Positions 59,686 through 64,000 of a stretch of 64,000 nt of DNA are shown piece by piece. Under the pieces are notes generated by a model, which saw only the letters and a list, made by a program, of their open reading frames with translations, was not told the origin of the DNA and did not search any database. Positions within the stretch are counted from its first letter, which is position 1. The number at the start of each line of letters is the position of its first letter. The translations under genes were made by a program, and so were the position numbers. The DNA comes from Bigelowiella natans CCMP2755 (Eukaryota > Protista > Cercozoa), in the NCBI GenBank assembly GCA_000320545.1, contig ADNK01000490.1:62001-126000 (forward strand). The letters are read 5' to 3'.

Positions 59686-60194
59686 TAGGGTGTGATCCAC
59701 GGATTGATTTTGGATGGATATCGTCGATTTCCGACCCCATAAAAATTCGGTAAGTACTTTTAAAATTTCGCGCGGTCGAATTTCGTGAGCAAGAACTTGC
59801 CTTACTCAGGAATTCCGTACGGGTTTGCTCGACGATTTCCGTCCATGAGGAAAAAGACATGAGTTTCAGATATGCGACAACTACATTGACATTCTTTTTT
59901 TTTTTAATAAAAATGATTAGATCTCGTCTGTATGACACGATACTAACGATATCGTACATATAAAATCGAGTATTGGGTTCTCATCTTTCGTAGGATGGCG
60001 AACAGGGTCGTAATGGATGAATTTAAAATGTGTTGTCGCACTGTGCAAAATCAATGCGAAATGACTGTGTTTAGTTTTCAACAATTTCCGTCCGTGGAAG
60101 ACCATTATAAGCTCACGAAGGTGCACCGGAAATCATCGAAATCCATCCTGGACGGATTTCGTCGATGGATTTCCAAACGGTGGATCACACCCTA
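59686..60194. mobile_element. MITE-like non-autonomous element (~510 bp)
   Basis: Perfect 15-bp inverted ends TAGGGTGTGATCCAC...GTGGATCACACCCTA, inverted subterminal GGATGGATWTCG..GATTTCCG motifs, no credible ORF. Target-site duplication ambiguous. Confidence 0.6.
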
Positions 60195-60512
60195 AATTGT
60201 CGAGGGGCCGTAGGATAGGGGAAAAAAAAATTCGGAGAATTGTTTTCGGCCATGCAGTGTGACAGGCCTTGTCGCGAAAATCGTTTTCTACTGTAGCCCA
60301 GTGCGACGAGATGTCACTTTTTTGGCCATCCACATTCCTATCTACAGGCTGTACCGAGGAACAGTCCATGCAGTTCACATAAGGAGATGATGGTAATTTC
60401 CGAGAGTGTCCGATAGTGTCCGATAGTGTCCGAAGTTTGTTTGTGTCTCGTTTTATTAAAGATTCGAATTCCAATCCAATTGGATGCGACATGGCAAATT
60501 TGTAATTGATTA

Positions 60513-60870
60513 CCCCCGTTTTCAGGTTTGGCATATTCGTCAGATTTTTATGCCGGCATAATTTCTGCCGAACTCCGTTCATTTTCAGGTTGTGATTTTG
60601 ATTACGAAAAGAAAAAAAATCACGGAATATTTTAATGATAGCAATAAAAATTCATGACTATTCGAGCCAGATCGATGAATCCCGGTAGGCTCCCGGGCAG
60701 AGTCCGATTTTCACCTTTCTGGCATGGGAAAACACACCCAACTTCTGACGGCATAATCCCGGGGATTATGCCGGTAAATAACGGGAATGCCGGAAGCCCC
60801 GATGGCATTTTAGGTGATATCATTTTTCGGCATAAAATCTGACGATCTTTTGCAAACCTGAAAAAGGGGG
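60513..60870. mobile_element. MITE-like element (~358 bp) with ~44-bp imperfect TIRs flanked by TA
   Basis: Left TA-CCCCCGTTTTCAGGTTTGGCATATTCGTCAGATTTTTATGCCG and right CGGCATAAAATCTGACGATCTTTTGCAAACCTGAAAAAGGGGG-TA. Internal near-palindrome CGGCATAATCCCGGGGATTATGCCG at ~60749-60773. Confidence 0.72.
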
Positions 60871-61632
60871 TAACGTGAATTCTCGCGTTCAAGGTGTTCT
60901 GATCTGTGAAATCTCTGATGAGTACAATTGATCTGTGATGAGAATCACGTGCAGCAACTACGTCCGAACTCTGCTATTTCATGTCGTAAGCGTGAAATAT
61001 TCCATATCGTATCTATGAAACATATCCCATTTGCAAAATAGCGAGGAGGGTAGTTCCACGCCAGCCTCTTGCACACGTTGCGAAACCCAATGGATGGTTC
61101 ACCAGTACGAAACGATTCATCCCCACCCAACCAAATCTCTCAGTATCTTCATCCTTGGTCGATAGGAAGGATGCAAAGAAGAAGAAAACTACCCCAATCT
61201 GCTTGCAGTGTGTCGGATATCTGTCCGCCTGACAACACAAAACACAAGAAGAGTAAGATTTTATTTTGATGCATGTATCTTTGTGATGTATCATGTTGTG
61301 ATGGGGGGAAAATGAAATACTTCAACTCCATGAAGGCTTCACATGAACGCTAACATAAAGATATTGAACATGCCAGGATATCTTGTATCCACGGAGACTG
61401 GTACACCCTCTGTATCTCTGAAAGTCAATTTAACGTCCAATGAACTAGCTTCGTGCGATAGTCCTCACAGTAGGCTAAGAAAAAGGAGGAGGATGTACGA
61501 AAAATCTGCAACAAATCTTGATTGGCTAATCTGTAATATCTCTCCCCTTAAATGCCCTCAGAAACGCCACCATAAAACACGAGCGTGTTGATATAGGAAC
61601 TTCTCAGAGGCAGAGACAGAAGATACACGCAG

Positions 61633-62904
61633 ATGAGAGGGGGTAAATTCACAATGGTAGCACTCAATCAAAACTTTTTCACCGATTTATGTAACCTTTT
61701 ACGCAGAAACGAAGAGCAGAAAAGGGAAATGCTTGCGCAATTTAGTGAGATGAGCTCGCATTACAATAGAAGGCATCACTCAACCTATGTCCGCCAGGAT
61801 TCTGTTTTTCCATTGCAACTTTCTGCGCCATATCTTGCTCCTCGAATGCGAATGCCTATAGTTTATCCACTGCGTCACATACCCTATTTTGGTATGCATA
61901 CACTTGGAGAAGTACACGTTGATCATCCAGCTCTCCCCCCTCAAAATTTTTATTTCATTTCCCCACATCAACAATCATACGTTTCGATACCACCAGTTCT
62001 CCTTAAAACTCACCCAAATCCTGCGACTTGGTCGCAAGAAAGAAGCCTACCCCAAGATTTTCAGATTAAGCATGCTCCAAATCATTACTGCTCCTCAAGC
62101 AGTCACGAAATTTATCCGCCACCCCATATCCCCCACTCTATCCATGCTCGTGTCGCCCACACCCCAGCCACGGCCCCACCCACCTCTTACCTTCCCACCT
62201 CTTCAGTATCAAGGCAATATTCGGAAGGAAGAGAGAAACAGGCCTCAATGGCAAATTCTGGCAGTAGTAATGGCGGCCATAGCCAATATTCTCATCTGTC
62301 GTTACCAGATGGCGAAGGGAATGTTGTCGGTCCGAAAAATTTCGCTGTGAAGACTATTCCCCCTGTTACTATGCCTTCGCAAACAGTCAAGAATTTACCG
62401 AACGTACTGCTTGGAATGTGTGACAGATTCACCGAAAAAAAGGGGGGTTACGCCGACGTAGCGGAGGATTCACAGGGTGGACTTTTCATCGTAAATCATC
62501 ATTCGAAGGAAGTGCAATCAATCCGTCCACAAGCAGAAGAAACTCCATCATCTTCCGGTCGTAGTGCAAACAGCTTTGGAGTGCCTGATCAAATTCGAAC
62601 AGTTCAAATTTTCAATAAGCATTCCGGTAAAATGCACAATGAACCTTCCTAATAATCTGGCATCCATTGTTACTGACAAGCGATCACTCGCATATGTTCT
62701 GTGAAAGGTCGTTACAACTTGCGGTATGTTTGTTCGGTATGTGGATCTATGAAAGCTGGCAAATGTCACATTCTGTCGCATCTGCGATCTCACACAGGAG
62801 AGCAACCATTCAAATGCACGATTTGCAGTCGAAGGTTTGCGCACAAATCGAATTGTGTTAGGCACCTCTTGCATATGCATGGTGTGAAAATCCCATCATG
62901 TTAG
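61633..62904 (+). CDS. C2H2 zinc-finger transcription factor (two C-terminal fingers)
   Basis: Exon 61633-62626, 54-bp intron (GTAAAA...TACTGACAAG), exon 62681-62904 encoding YVCSVC...HLRSH-TGEQPF-KCTIC...HLLHMH. Confidence 0.85.
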
Positions 62905-63099
62905 ACAAGTAGCAGAGCTTGTCTGGACTAAATGAAATTGATAGACTTGACAAAGAAGTGTGAAAATTCATTTTAGAAAATCTCTGGTTTACAAAATAAT
63001 GATAGAATTTAGACATGACGATGAAAACTTAAACATTGTTTCTTTTCTTGATCCTTCGTCGCACCTAAACACCAAGGTCTTAAAACCTTAACTTACACC

Positions 63100-63910
63100 A
63101 ACTTTGAACATGTGGAAAGAAGCTAAATGTGCTTGCCATCATTTCTTCATGAAAACTATCGTGTGGTCTACAACGATGCAATTGCACATCGTGTGGTGCG
63201 ATCAAAGATTGAAAAATCATGTGGAATCTTTGCAGTGAAAAAATGCAGAAAAATAGATGATGCTGCTATGCCACTTTGACTGACATGATGTTTGAGTTCG
63301 ATGATCATGGCTAGATGGGCATCTCAATGTGCGGGCTTAGGAACAACTATCTAACTAGACAACCGTCTGTGCGTTGTCTCTGCTAGTCCTGCTAGCCTGT
63401 GCGTTCTAGCGTTGCCCACATTTAACAGCGCCGCGCTAGCTAGCGCGCATGGCATGCATGTGCAACTAGCTAGGTTGTAGTAGGGCCAAAAACTAAACTA
63501 AGTTTTGCTCACAACCATCTCCATGCGCCATCTGCTGTAGCTAGTAGCTAACTAGCTAATGCATGTCCACTGCTAAATCCATGCTGCACGTCTAGCTGTC
63601 TAGCTGTGTTAGCCATGCTATGCTAGCATGCTAGCATGTCCGTGGCAACTAGTCTAGCTAGCTAGTAGTGTTCAGCTAGCTAGTTCCACATCTAAGCATG
63701 CACACAACAAAGCTAGAAAGTGACGCAAATTGACAACATGCGTGCTTCTGCAGGTCGGCATTAGTAGCTTTGTACGAGAACGCCATGCACAGCACGTGCA
63801 GCAGTGTTTCTTAATCTAGTAATCTTAGCAAGTACCATGTAAATTGCAACATGAATCACGGACACAATCATGTCTTGTCTATACCTAGATCTTTTCTAGA
63901 TTCAACGCAA
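63100..63910. other. TpA-restricted / CTAG-rich tract downstream of the zinc-finger gene
   Basis: Residual TAs in 63100-63340 are CTA or TAG. Runs such as GCTAGCTAGC and CTAGTCTAGCTAGCTAG follow. Confidence 0.85.
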
Positions 63911-64000
63911 CGGAGATGAAGGGACACAGCACATATGAATACACACACACCAATGATGGGAATAACCAACAAGTCATTGTCAAAAACAACTAACTACTAA

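Noticed and set aside
62650-62700. Stop-codon readthrough between ORF 61633-62652 and the in-frame zinc-finger ORF
   Set aside because: The stops lie within a 54-bp GT-AG intron with a clear CTGAC branch site.

Overview
Gene-dense eukaryotic nuclear DNA with GT-AG introns, many of them packed with microsatellites. Several genes have signal-peptide plus transit-like N-termini, and there is a Plasmodium-type thioredoxin reductase. Together these suggest a protist with a complex plastid, possibly a chlorarachniophyte (inference). About 16 genes can be reconstructed by hand: a giant PPR/PDZ/RS/WW/TFIIS-N protein, a cyclophilin-SYF2 fusion, a glycosyltransferase-like protein, NADH-cytochrome b5 reductase, an AlgH/YqgE (DUF179) protein, a multipass membrane protein, a fibrillin-like protein with a long Pro/Ala/Lys linker, a sirtuin lacking the zinc module, a CxxC-rich protein, thioredoxin reductase, a lectin-like propeller protein, a C2H2 zinc-finger protein and several unknowns. 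Two MITE-like elements are also present. The most striking signal is non-coding. About 11 intergenic tracts of 0.5-1.3 kb are depleted of TpA and/or enriched in CTAG, TG and CA. In the strongest tracts TpA is almost absent, the survivors sit nearly all in CTA/TAG/CTAG, and CpG is retained. Related repeat copies differ by TA->TG and TA->CA changes. Every tract abuts a gene 3' end and none lies in a divergent promoter. This points to a localized, context-specific TpA hypermutation or base-modification process tied to transcription-termination regions. Two apparent frameshifts fall in homopolymers and are probably assembly indels. All counts and gene models are manual.
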